Shown: piece after piece, positions 13,218 through 25,739 of the stretch | Layout of the letters: each line of letters starts with the position of its first letter | How positions within the stretch are numbered: the stretch's first letter is position 1 | Source: Octopus sinensis | Taxonomy: Eukaryota | DNA length: 64,000 nucleotides | NCBI RefSeq assembly: GCF_006345805.1 | Contig: NC_043004.1 | Location: 8,494,001 to 8,558,000 of the forward strand | Reading direction: 5' to 3' | Translations under genes and position numbers: made by a program | Notes under the pieces: generated by a model | Told to the model about the DNA's origin: nothing | What the model saw: the letters and a program-made list of their open reading frames with translations, nothing else | Database searches by the model: none

Positions 13218-13617
13218 TTTATACTTGTTTCAGTCATTTGACTGCGGCCATGCTGGGGCACCGCCTTTAATCGAGCAACTCGACCCCGGAACTTATTCTT
13301 TGTAAGCCCAGTACTTATTCTATCGGGCACTTTTGCCGAACCGCTAGGTGACGGGAACATAAACACACCAGCATCGGTTGTCAAGCAATGCTAGGGGGAC
13401 AAACACAGACACACAAACACACACACATACACATACATATATATATACATACATATATACGACGGGCTTCTTTCAGTTTCCGTCTACCAAATCCACCAAG
13501 GCTTTGGTCGGCCCGAGGCTATAGTAGAAGACACTTGCCCAAGGTGCCACGCGGTGGGACTGAACCCGGAACCATGTGGTTGGTAAACAACTACTTACCA
13601 CACAGCCACTCCTGCGC
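13218..13617 (-). mobile_element. SINE family B, near full-length (head AGGAGTGGCTGTGTGGTAAG...)
   Basis: tRNA-like head with GGTTCAGTCCC B-box, body GTAGACGGAAACTGAAAGAAGCCCGTCG, internal microsatellite and 3' module. Other copies at 14651, 28222, 41913, 43955 and 46568. Confidence 0.88.
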
Positions 13618-14155
13618 CTGTATGTATATATGTATATATATATATATATATACGTACAGTCAGACATGCATATTTGTTATGTTATGTGTTTCATAGATAT
13701 ATAGATTATATATATTATATATATATATATATATATGATGTGTTATATACGTATATCCCTGTGCACCTGCATGTATACACAGACGAGTGCATTAATCATT
13801 GTACAACATATTTTCGTATGAGTGTTTTATCAGAATAATAATGGATAAACTAGTAAACATGAATGATCAACTCCTTTTCACCCCCATTTATGTTGTGCAG
13901 TTAGTTTATTTAAACGTTCTACTTTTGTTTTTTTGTTGTTTTTTTTGAGGAGGGGATCATTATTTATACAATACTTAAAGAATTTAATGTTATTTTTATA
14001 AAATATATATTCGTAGATCAGCTGATCTTTTTCTGCCAAGACAGCCCAAACAGCGAATATAAAGACAATCCCTCAATGCATACAGCACACAGCGTGTCCC
14101 TCTAGATATAGAGTGACAGCTAAAGCCTATGAATGTATTCTGTAGCACAGTGAAT

Positions 14156-14555
14156 GCGGCGAGTTGGCAGAATCGTTAGCACGCAGGACGAAAGGCTTAC
14201 CGGTATTTCGTTTGTCTTTACGTTCTGAGTTCAAATTCCGCCGAGGTCAACTTTGTCTTTCATCATTTTGGGGTCGATTAAATAAGTATCAGTTACGCAC
14301 TGGGGTCGATATAATCGACATAGTCCGTTTGTATGTCCTTGTTTGTCCCCTCTGTGTTTAGCTCCTTGTGGGTAGTAAAGAAATAGGTATTTCGCCCGTC
14401 GCTACGTTCTGAGTTCAAATTCCACCGAGATCAACTTTGCTTTTCATCCTCTCGGGGTCAATAAATTAAATACCAGTTGCATACTGGAGTCGATGTAATC
14501 GACTGCCTCCGCCTACTCCTAAATTTCAGGCCCTGTGCCTAGAGCAGAAAGGATT
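14156..14555 (+). mobile_element. SINE family A, tandem/dimeric copy
   Basis: The CGTTCTGAGTTCAAATTCC...GGGGTC block occurs twice in succession. Confidence 0.82.
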
Positions 14556-14650
14556 CTGTAGCACAGTATGGCCCTGAAACAAAGAAGCACTTTTAAAGCA
14601 TCAATTTCATTACTGAATTAGCAGGTAAAAATGTGGTTATATCGATAGGT

Positions 14651-15040
14651 GTAGGCATGGCTGTGTGATAAGAAGGTTGTTTCCCAACATTGTGGTTCCG
14701 GCTTCAATTCCACTATAGGGCACCTTAGGCATGTATCATCTACCATTGCCTCAAGCTAACCAAAGCATTATCAGTCGATTAGCAGACGGAAACTGAAAGA
14801 AGCCCGTCATATATATATGTGTGTGTGTGTGTTCGTCTTCTCCCACACTGCTTGCTTGACAACTGATGTTGTTATGTTTACGTCCCTGTAACTTAGAGTT
14901 TCGGGAAAAGAGACCGATAGAGTAAATACCAGATTTTAAAAAATGTACTGGAGTCGATTCGTTCGGCTAAAATTCTTCAAGGCAGTACCCCAGCTTGGCT
15001 GCAGTCAAATGACTGAAGCAAATAAAAGATAAAAGATATA
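14651..15040 (+). mobile_element. SINE family B, diverged copy
   Basis: Matches the reverse complement of 13218-13617. Confidence 0.82.
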
Positions 15041-15864
15041 TATACTTAAACTGGCTTAAGTCAAATAAGATCCTTAGTGATAATGACTTTATAGGGAGTA
15101 GTCAGTTCTGACGATGTCCCAAAACGGGGTTGAAACTTGCCCGGGTGTTCCCTCTTTTACTGCCGAATAAATACTGTATTAAAGACAATTTGTTTAGATG
15201 TATCTACATAAAGTGTTGGCTAAACCTCCATAGACACATGTTCTGTAGTTAATTGTCAAGCGTTGAAACGAAACACTGTCAACGGACCAATAATTTCTAA
15301 TCTTTCTGTTTTTTTGGTTTCAGATATCTTACATCGAATGCTGTATTATCCAGTTGAGGATAATCTAAAAGAAATTCGCCTGGTTTTTATTTATTATTCT
15401 TTTTGGCTTTTACTTGTTTGTTTAAAGAAGATTAAACTTGTGTGGAACATGATCTGTGTTGGTGCAAATTTTATTTCTTAACAGACGTATCTTTGACAGA
15501 TGTATGTGCTTAAAGTAAGAGTGTAGCAGGCCAAAAACTGGGAGGTCTTTCACATCAATTGTAGGCGATCAGTGAGGAATGCGATGCTAATGCATACAAA
15601 CATTTGCGAAGTGAAGGCATTTGATAAAACGAAAGTTAAATCATAGAGAGAAGTTGGAGAATCATGCCACGGATTTCAGGAAGCTAAAAGTATTGAATGC
15701 GAAATGAGAAAAAAAAAAAAAAAAGGAATAAGTGTGTACACATATACACGTGCGCAGATACCAGATACACACACACACACACACGCACTAAAACACGCAC
15801 AGCTATATACACACTGACTCACATACACAAACATTTATCCACCTCGCTTTCTATATATATATAT

Positions 15865-16005
15865 ATATAATTGCAGCGTGGAAGGTGTTTATAAGCCATT
15901 TAAGAAACACACAAAGCCGTTTGATTCACTTCAACATTTAAATTTAATTTGTCAAAATATTTTCGTCGCTTTGAGACCGCGACCTGTTCACTGACAAAAA
16001 CTTCA
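15865..16005 (-). mobile_element. Short interspersed repeat (second copy at about 47075-47230, opposite strand); possible Penelope pLTR derivative
   Basis: Both copies share GTCAGTGAACAGG(T/A)CGCGGT(C/T)TCAAAGCGACGAAAATATT; lies between (TA)n runs. Confidence 0.6.
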
Positions 16006-16026
16006 TTATAATATATATATATATAT

Positions 16027-16074
<48 letters not shown>

Positions 16075-16267
16075 ATATATATATTATAATAATGTATGTA
16101 TGTATATACACATACATACATACATATATATATATATATACTATATATAACATATGTATACATATATATATACATACATTATATATATATATATATATTA
16201 TATATATATATATATGTGTGGTATGTATGTATGTATGTATTATATATATATATACATAAATACATAA

Positions 16268-16303
<36 letters not shown>

Positions 16304-18023
16304 CTACATATATATATATACATGTATATATATACATATATATATATACATACATACATGCATATATATTTTTATGTTCACACACACACACACACATATA
16401 CATATACCCATATACTATATACACAGACAAACAACCTGCTACACCTCTGTCCACAAGAAGACACACATCTGTGTTTGTCACAGTGGAAGTAGTTTTTTTT
16501 TCCTCGCTGATAAACGCATTTTGTTTCATCTGAAGACAAATCGTTTTCCTATTCGGAACTTCTTGAATTACACCTCATATAAGTAAATGAAGGAACCCTA
16601 GAATCTGTGTATTGAGTTATTGATATTTTGGGATTGGTGATTTGAATTCCCAAAGCACAAAGTGTGAGACAAAACCGTGGGCCTGTGAACGGATGTGCTA
16701 ACCCACCGCCCTACATAGAGACATACAGAAGAAACACAGCCAAATATAATGCAGGCATGTGTAAGCGTACGTGTTCGTGTGATTTTGTATTTTGGGGTAT
16801 AAATATGTATCCATCTATACATATATATATTCCTTCTTCCCTTTTTTCCTGAGCGCCTAATAATACTTTAATTGTTCCACATCCTCGCGTTGCTGTCTTT
16901 TTTGTTTTCTTGTTTGGATTAACTTTATATATATATATATGAATATGTATGTTCTGGGCGTGAAATTCGTCCTTATATTTTTTAACTGCTTCATATATCT
17001 GATAGAAGGGTCTTCACTGGTTTTTTTTTTCATAGCATCAAAGGAGATCTTGGTTTGGTTAGATGTAGAGTCCAAATAAATTGAGAGAAATACATAGGTC
17101 TTCTCAGATAGCTTACTGGTGCTGTACAGCCGTTTTCGTCGGTGGTGGTGGTGGTGTTAGTTTCAGCCATGATCATGTAAGCGAAATTACTCATGGTATA
17201 TTTGTAAATATCGGATCTGAATAACTCTACGTTGTGATTGGAGAAATAAACCAGTTACTGATTTAGACTGAAAGAGTCGACATAAATGTGGAAGGAAATG
17301 TTCAAACCGAAATTACAAACGGTTCTCTATGCCTGCGCGTCCGACGGTGACGTCGCCTGTTAAGAGAAAAGACTCCTTTGCAGAACTTCAGATAACAACA
17401 GAAAAGTGTCACTTGTTTGAATAGAAAAAAAAACACTTGTTGCCTATTGTCAAAATCTCGGATATGAACAAACCTCGCAGCGGCATATTTTGCGCATCAC
17501 AATTTTGCCGAAGGACAAAGAAAAAAAGGAAGAAAAAGAAAAAAAAGGAAGAAAAAGAAAAGACGCATTCTTTTTCGAGATTATGACTAAATACGTGAAC
17601 GAAAGGTACTTCTTTTATAAAGATAACCATTTCTACGACCAGTTCAAAGGATATGTAAATCCGTTTGGCGTTTGTTCCTCAGAGTTAAATCGGCTCATGT
17701 CAACCCCTCTACTCTCCACTTTTTCTTTCATTCCCTACAATCCTTCTTTCCCAGAACGGTGTCCCTCTGAAATTCCTTCCTTGCTCATATCTTTCTTGCA
17801 AATAACAACTTACAGAGTTTCAAAAGGAACGCTAAAGGCACCAATCTCACCGGACTGGGTGGGTCTACGAAGACCATCGCCACACTTGCTTCATCTAGGC
17901 GCACCAGAATGGTATCGAAGTGATATTTGGATTACCATTACAATACGAGTTCGTAACGTTGATATCTAACACCATCTATAAACACAAACAGTACAACCCA
18001 TACATACATACATATATTTATAC

Positions 18024-18061
<38 letters not shown>

Positions 18062-18089
18062 AATGTATACAGTATACATACATAAATAC

Positions 18090-18120
<31 letters not shown>

Positions 18121-18257
18121 TATATAATATATATATATATATATATATACGTATAGACACATATACATACACACATATATATATACACCATATATGTATA
18201 TATACATGAAATCATATATAAATATAAATACACACACACACATATATATATATATAC

Positions 18258-18303
<46 letters not shown>

Positions 18304-19029
18304 TGATGCGTGTATATATATATGTGTGTGTGCGCGCGCAAGAGATCGTCACGCTAATTTAAATATAATATTCCAGAAGTCATTTGATATACGTTAATCC
18401 TTTAAAATGCGGTGATGTATGTGTGTGTGTATGTGTAAATTCGTGTATATGTATGATACACGCACACACACACACACACACACATACACACACACACATA
18501 TATATATATATAGTAGGGACAGAAACATATACACAAACACACACTCACACATGCACACACACACACACACACACTCACACGTACACACTCATATACATCA
18601 ACAATTGAAGTGATTCAATTTCCCCAAACTCTATTGTAAAGAAATTAGAATCATAAAGCCATAAAAAAAATCAAATCAAAACCTCAAATGAAATATTTGA
18701 TTCGGAATGGTTGTCTGCAGATTTAGTCCGTTGCAAGTAAGTTATGGTTTTTCTTTGAACATTCTGGAGGCATTGTTATCAGATTCCGTCAATATTTGTG
18801 AAACATATTTCATGCATCTGAGATACTTGTATTTACAAATGCTGGTTTTTAAATGAATGTTAAGTGCTATCGAAATTCTACCTTTAATAATAATAACAAT
18901 AACAATAACAACAACAACAACAATAATAATGTCAATAATATAATAATAATAAGAAGAAGAAGAATGATTATTACTATTATAGAGAACTGTGAACAAAAAT
19001 ACTAAACACACACACGCACGTATACACAT

Positions 19030-19083
<54 letters not shown>

Positions 19084-19507
19084 ACTCACGTTCAGACACA
19101 TAGATTCGTTCAAAATTTACGATGAAAATAACAGCACATAAGAGAAAGAAGACGAAAGAAGTGAAAAATAGGTGTGTGAGCGCGCGAGTGCATGTGTGTG
19201 TATGTGTGTGTGTGTGTCCCCGTGTGTGTGTGTGGTTGTGTGTCCGTGTGTGTTTGTCCGTGTGTGTGTGTGTGTGTGTGTGTGTCCGTGTGTGTTTGTC
19301 CGTGTGTGTGTGTGTGTGTGTCCATGTGTGTGTGTTTGAGTGTGTGTGTGTATATAAGTGTTAGCGTAAGGCCGGTTACCCGATTTTCACAATGTATAAG
19401 TAACCGAGATGCGAAGAAATGTTCCGAAAGGGACGCCAGTTTGTTGTGGGGATCAAGACCAGCAATCTTTTGTGGGAAGAAGAGACAAGTCGATGATATT
19501 GAATCCA

Positions 19508-19665
19508 TTATTTGAATGATACTTTATTTTATCAACCCCGAAGAGATGGAAGGCAAAGTTGATCGCGGCGGGACTTGAAGAAGTCGGAACGTAAAGCGTC
19601 GGAACGTCTACGGCTAAGCACTTTTTCTGCGACTTGCTAACGATTCTGCCTGTCGCCACCTTAGA
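19508..19665 (-). mobile_element. SINE family A, diverged copy
   Basis: Reverse complement reads GGTGGCGACAGGCAGAATCGTTAGC...AACTTTGCCTTCCATC. Confidence 0.7.
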
Positions 19666-20403
19666 CACACACACATACACACGCGCGCGCATTATTGATC
19701 AGGATAAAGGGTTTCCACACCCTCTGAGCCCGGTGACGTCGATGTTGTTTGTGGCCCAAAGGAAAATCTTGGGTAGAATGGAAATTTCAGACGCTTGAAA
19801 TTGTTGGCAGGATGACCGAGAGAAATAACAGTATGGGGATTTCGATATCCGTTATAGAACACAATATGAGTAATGAAGGAGAGAGAGAGGGGGAAGAGGG
19901 AGAGAGAGGGAGGAAGCGAAGCCCTGAGTTTGTGTGCGTGTGTTTGTATCTGTAAACATATACACACAAACCGTTCATCTACGTGTGTGTATGTTTGTGT
20001 GTAAACTACTCATTCATATGTGTGTGTGTATACATATATGTATGTGTGTGCAACTATTTTCCTGAGCAACAGTTGCAGTTCAGTAGCCAATTCCAATTGA
20101 TGAAACACCCACTACAGATGATGCAAATAACCACAATGGTGAAACATACGTAGGAAACAAATGCTATGGACTTTTTCTTTCCCATATTTACTCTGTCTAT
20201 TATAACCAGTAATACTGCTAAGTACAGTAGTAGCTAAACGATTCTACTGGAAGCAGAGTGGATGACGATATTCTGTGTGGAGCTCTGAATCATAAGTCAT
20301 AACCGTACATACACTCCACATACTAGATACACAGTATATATATGCACACACACACACACACACACACCACACCACATATATTATATATATGTATATATAT
20401 ATA

Positions 20404-20442
<39 letters not shown>

Positions 20443-20448
20443 TATATA

Positions 20449-20704
20449 TATAAACGAGAAAGAAGCACAAGAATGGATTAGTTTTTAGTACAATTGTTTC
20501 ATACAAAGACAGGCTTTATTACAAGTTGCAAAAATTGCAAACCTCACCCACTAAGATGTCTGGAGAACATCATATGTATTTTAGCTGATGAGTACGGGAC
20601 ACTTTTTATCTGCTGCAATTTTTGCAACTTGTAATAAAGCCTGTCTTTGTATGAAACAATTGTACTAAAACTAATCCATTCTTGTTGCTTCTTTCTCGTT
20701 TATA
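20449..20704. repeat. Inverted repeat, about 90-bp arms (20449-20539 / 20614-20704) with 74-bp spacer
   Basis: Arms are reverse complements apart from two single-base indels; the spacer contains an isolated CTGATGA. Confidence 0.92.
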
Positions 20705-20844
20705 ATCACCCACCACATTACTGTATGGTTAACCCATAGTTTTTTTCTGGTGCATCTAATTAAGTACCACATTCAAGTAAATTCATTGGAATTTACTTGA
20801 ATCTTAATTGCTTTTATATATATATATATATATATTCAGATATG

Positions 20845-22089
20845 CAGGAAGTAAATAGACACCTTTAATTTTCAAAATCTTTTATCTAATACGCAAAGCG
20901 AACAATTGAAATGTAGGATTACATACTTTAGTATTTAGTTGACATTTCCTTTGCAGTTTTTAATTCAGAAACTCTTTTTGGCATTGAGCTGATGAGCTTT
21001 GTGGTTGTCTCTTGTGGAATTTCTGCCCATTTTTCACGCAACAATCGAAACAATTCATCTTTAGATTTAGGTTTCTATCGAGTTTTTCGTATAGCTCTAT
21101 CTAGTATGCTCCAAGGATTTTCAATTGGATTTATGTCAGGAGATTGACTCGGCCAAGGAAGCTTTTGAATCCCATTTTTAGTCAGCCATGTTTGATTCCT
21201 TTTCGCTGTGTGGCAGGGAGCCCATTCTTCCATGAATAAAAACTCAATTTTCGTTATGTTATCGTGTGAATTTATCGGAAGTAGTTCTTGCTTAAGTATT
21301 TCGATGTATTTTTCAGAGTTTATGGTTCCAACACATTCGATCAGCTCAGAACGCCCATTGTTGGTGACAGCTCTCCATACCGTTACAGAGATACCGCCAT
21401 GTTCCACAGTTGGTTGGAGTCGTTTCAAATCAAATTCTTGATTGGGAAGCCTCCAGACCCAAACATGTCCAATGTCTGAAAATAATGCAAATCTGGATTC
21501 ATCTACGAAAATCCTTCTATCCCAAAATGAACTGGATTTTTCTGACATCTCCTCGGCCCACTTCTTTCTTTTCATGATATTAATTCGTTGAAGGAGAGGT
21601 TTTCTTCTAGCTGTTCGTCCATAATACTCAAGCTTATGCAGATATGTAACACACGTTCTTGGACTGACTTCTAGTTGTTTTGCAATGTCAGAAGCCTTCG
21701 AACGGGGTTCGTTTTCCACAATTCTTTTCAAACAGCGAAGCTTCCTTTCTGAGGACCCAGGTCAGCCAGGATGAGAATCTGTTGATTCTTTTCCTTAGCC
21801 TTTGAATTGCACTATAATTCTATTAACCGTAGCAAGAGGAATTTGAAGATTTTCGGTAATTTTTGCTGGTTAAGACGAGCCTCAGATTGCCCAACAATAC
21901 GACCTCTTTGAAAATCTGTCAGTTCTGCTGAATGTTTTGTGCGTGGCACGGTTACACTTGGCAAATGTTTAATATAATGGCACTTGGAATGAAAAAGAAT
22001 AATTACATTGTAAATTCGACACCGCTGAAAACGTATGAAAATGCTTAGATCAGAAATTTTGAAAATTAAAGATGTCTATTTAGTTCCTG
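20845..22089 (-). mobile_element. Tc1-family (DD34E) DNA transposon, full length (about 1245 bp), inactivated
   Basis: TIRs CAGGAA(G/C)TAAATAGACA(C/T)CTTTAATTTTCAAAAT at both ends, with TA at 22090-22091. Transposase has VDESRF, HGG and WPSQSPDINPIEN motifs. The second catalytic D is replaced by E (MEEWAPCH), with 34-residue spacing to the final E. Confidence 0.93.
21075..21945 (-). pseudogene. Tc1 transposase pseudogene
   Basis: The N-terminal HTH part (PRTKHSAELTDFQRGRIVG) is separated from ORF 21075-21731 by a frameshift and stops; there is a premature stop after RAIRKTR. Confidence 0.88.
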
Positions 22090-22209
22090 TACACACACAC
22101 ACACACGCACACACACATATATATATATGTATATATATATGTATATATATGTATATATATATAATACATATATATAGATATATATACATATATATATATA
22201 TTATATATT

Positions 22210-22262
<53 letters not shown>

Positions 22263-22329
22263 TATACATGGGTGTATATTCTGCTTGATATCTTTTTTGT
22301 GAAACAATATTTCGAGGTGTGACTCTCGT

Positions 22330-22560
22330 GAGAGTCAAAACTATTGAAAAGGTTGCAAGACGCAACGAAAATTTTAGAAAAATTAAAAAAAATAAATAAG
22401 TGGAAATCTTACTGGTGACTGTGTTAAATTATATGGCACTAAAAGATAATAACTCTCCCCTGACACAACAGAATATGCTTCAACACACGAACTCACATAA
22501 AGAATCTTGCAAACCAAATCCCAAAACGAAATATTTCGATGTTTTTTCTAGAAATTAGAA
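22330..22560. repeat. Unclassified interspersed repeat (second copy at about 54280-54480)
   Basis: Shared GACTATTGAAAAGGTTGCAAGAC...CAACAGAATATGCTTCAACACACGAACTCA...AAAGAATCTTGCAAA. Confidence 0.75.
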
Positions 22561-22688
22561 GAAACAGATGTCTGATTTAAATGTGTTTGGTTTAGAACTA
22601 AATATTTGATTGAACTCGTCTTTTCAATGATAAAATATTTTCACTACTCCGAGAGTAACATACGATCGATACAATACATAGATAGACA

Positions 22689-22910
22689 GAAGAAGAAGAA
22701 GAAGAAGAAGAAGAAGAGAAGAGAAGAAGAAGAAGAAAAGAAGAAGAAGAAGATGATGATGATGATGATGATGAAGAAGAAGAAGAAGAAGAAGAAGAAG
22801 AAGAAGAAGAAGGAGAAGATGATGATGATGATGATGATGAAGAAGAAGAAGAAGAAGGAGGAGGAGGAGAAGAAGAAGAAAAACAACAACAAGAGAATTA
22901 GAAGAAGAAG

Positions 22911-22941
<31 letters not shown>

Positions 22942-23510
22942 TGATGATGATGATGATGATGATGATGAAGAAGAAGAAGAAGAAGAACAAGAAGAAGAAG
23001 AAGAAGAAGAAGGAGGAGGAGAAAAAGAAGAAGGAAATGAAGAAGAAGAAGAAGAAAAAGAAGGAGGAGGATGAGGAGAAGAAAAAGGAGGAGAAGAAGA
23101 AGAAGAAAAGAGGAGGAGAGAAGAGAAGAAAAGAAGAAGAAGAAGAAGAAAGAAGAAGAATAAGAGAAGAAATAGAAGAAGAAGAAGGAAGAAGAAGAGA
23201 AGAAGAAGAAGAAAAAGAAAGAGAAGAAGAAGGAGAAGAAGAAGAAGAAGAAGAAAAAGAAAGAGAAGAAGAAGGAGAAGAAGAAGAAGAAGAAGAAGAA
23301 GAAGAAGGAGGAGAAGAAGAAAGAGAAGAAGACGCAGAAGAAGAAGAAGAAGAAGAAGAAGAAGGAGGAGAAGAAGAAAGAGAAGAAGACGCAGAAGAAG
23401 AAGAAGAAGAAGAAGAAGAAGAAGAAGAAGAAGAAGAAGAAGAAGAAGGAGGAGAAGAAGAAAGAGAAGAAGACGCAGAAGAAGAAGAAGAAGAAGAAGA
23501 AGAAGAAGAA
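22689..23510. repeat. Long (GAA)n-derived purine tract with GAT/GGA variants and higher-order units
   Basis: About 820 bp, almost all purine on the + strand; repeated subunit GGAGGAGAAGAAGAAAGAGAAGAAGACGCAGAAGAA occurs three times. Confidence 0.97.
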
Positions 23511-23880
23511 TACTACAACATATGTGGCACTCCGTCGACGAGGGTGCCAGTTGATCTGATGAACGGAACAGCCTGCTCGTGAAATTGACGTGCAATTAGC
23601 TGAGCACTCCACAGACACGTGTGCCCTTAACGCAGCTCTCGGGGAGATTCAGCGTGACACAGAGTGTGACAGGGCTGACCCTTTGAAATACAGGTACAAC
23701 AGAAATGGAAAGAAAGAGTGAGAGAAAGTTGTGGTGAAAGAGTAGAGAAGGGTTCGCCACCACCTCCTGCCGGAGCCTCGCTCAATAAACTCTCACAACG
23801 TCCCGGTCTGTGAATTGAAACCGCAATTCTACAACTGCGAGTCCGCTACCCTAATTACTGGGCCAGTGCGCCTCCACACT
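23505..23880 (-). mobile_element. SINE family C copy, tail type 1 (ends in the TTC array)
   Basis: Minus-strand head GTGGAGGCGCACTGGCCCAGTAATTAGGGTAGCGGACTCGC and core GAGGCTCCGGCAGG are shared with 25062 and 35219. Confidence 0.8.
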
Positions 23881-24462
23881 ACAGCATTACAACATTAATT
23901 TAAAAGATAGGAAACAGTAATAAAAGCCTCTTCCGTCGACTTCAATGATTCGATCTGTTGGTGTCCCTACGTGGTTCTTTGACTTGTTATAGTTGCTGAA
24001 TCTTCCTCAAGACACAATCTATCATCTTTAAAAAATAGGATATATTGGACGGCATAAGTCTACTGGATTTCTTGTTCTTGGGAAAAGGACGGCCGGTGAT
24101 GGTAGAAATGTCTTTGATCGTAATTCTTCCCGATTAGGCGTGGCTTTGAAAAAAGCAACAACAATTACTACAAATAATACGGTATAGAACAGAATGTTCT
24201 ACTTTGAACAAAAACGGGTTTTTTGTTGTAAAATAAACAGAGATGCAAGGAAGGGAAAGGTCAGATCTGAGACTGAAGAATTCAACCATTTTAGAACAAG
24301 ATATGGAAAAATAAAAGACAATAGAACACAAATGCTACGTGATTGCTGAAAACACACCTAACGTGGATGTTGCAACTTTTACCCTCCTCCTCCCCCTCCT
24401 CCTCCTCCTCATCATCATTTTAATTATTATAATTATAATAATTATTATTATTAATCTGTAGT

Positions 24463-24648
24463 ACGCCGGGCGAAATGCTTAGCGGTATTTCGTCCGCCTT
24501 TATTCTGAGTTCAAATTCTGTTGAGGTCGACTTTGCCTTTCATCCTTTCGGAGCTCGATAAAATCATTACCAGTTGAGTATTGGGGTCGATGTATTGCAC
24601 TATCCCCTCTCCCAAAATTCAAGCCTTGTGTCTTCAGTAGAAAGGGTA
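24463..24648 (+). mobile_element. SINE family A, 5'-truncated copy
   Basis: ACGCCGGGCGAAATGCTTAGCGGTATTTCG...GAGGTCGACTTTGCCTTTCATCC. Confidence 0.82.
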
Positions 24649-25061
24649 TTTATTATTAATATGTGTTGGAGGTGCTTTGCTTTGGCAAAAAGTTGTTTTT
24701 CTTAGAAATACGCAGTTGTGACTGTTATTATATTTTTTTGTTTTTGCCATTTCTTTAAATAAGTTCTTGCATGAAGTAGCGGATTGCGTGAGTGGACTCT
24801 GAGGGATTCTCTTTCAACAAAAAATGTCATCATATCGTAAAAGTTAATGTTAAAAATCCTGGCAACACAAGAACACGCCTACTCAAAACTGTATGAAGCA
24901 GTAGGAAGGGATAACAATTCCTCTAAGACACTGAATGGCAGCGATTCCTTTTACCCCGACTCAAATGTTGCCAGCTTGACTATCATCGGTAGCAGCCGGA
25001 AAGAAACAGACGAATGCAAAAGCAGCAGTGGCAGTAGCAGCAGCAGCAGCAGCAGCAACAG

Positions 25062-25480
25062 TGGAGGCGCAATGGCCTAATGGTTAGGGCAGCGGACTCG
25101 CGGTCGGAGGATCGCGGTTTCGATTCCCAGACCGGGCGTTGAGTGTGTTTATTGAGCGAAAGCACCTAAACTCCACGAGGCTCCGGCAGGGGGTAGTGTC
25201 GACCCCTGTTGTACTCTTTCGTTCCAACTTTCTCTCACTCTTTCTTCCTGTTTCTTGTCCCCGACTTTCTACGCAACAGCTGAGCCTGGATGCGCATTCA
25301 TCCATCCGTCGATGCTCTCGGTGTCGGGGGTTGACCGGCTTTCTCTTCTGCGGGTCTTAAGAATCGCAAAGGACCACGTTTCATACTTCTCCCACTACAA
25401 GGCGCGATGTTGCGAGCTCTGGGACGAAGACCGCGGCGCTCAACAAACAAACAAACAAACAAACAAACAAACAAACAAAC
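25062..25480 (+). mobile_element. SINE family C copy, tail type 2 ending in (CAAA)n
   Basis: A-box-like TGGCCTAATGG and B-box-like GGTTTCGATTCC; core CCACGAGGCTCCGGCAGGGG. Confidence 0.82.
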
Positions 25481-25739
25481 AGCAACAACAGTAACTGCAG
25501 CAGAAGCCATTAACAATATCATTAACATCATTAACGCTTCATTCGCTGAAGAAGTCACCACAAATGAGTTGTACAGTCTTTCTGAAAAAGACGAAAAGGA
25601 GGAATTAGATGTCGCTCGATTTAGGAAAACTGAGGAGAGAAAAGCAGGACTTACGCTCCCTCCTGAAACTCGAGTTACACCTGCAACTATGACACTTCTT
25701 TATCACTGCATGTGTTAAAGAAGTCATTGCATGGAGACG

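Noticed and set aside
17490-17969. 159-aa ORF and a polypyrimidine/AG acceptor near 17815
   Set aside because: The N-terminus is low-complexity; several frames on both strands are open downstream; no clear donor and no recognisable domain.
20988-20996. CTGATGA here and at about 36523, 40350(-) and 55141(-)
   Set aside because: No properly placed helix II, GAAA and NUH; chance heptamers.
22624-23618. Long ORFs of 213-324 aa (poly-K/E, poly-L/F/S)
   Set aside because: Translations of the GAA/TTC microsatellite; no complex sequence or splice support.
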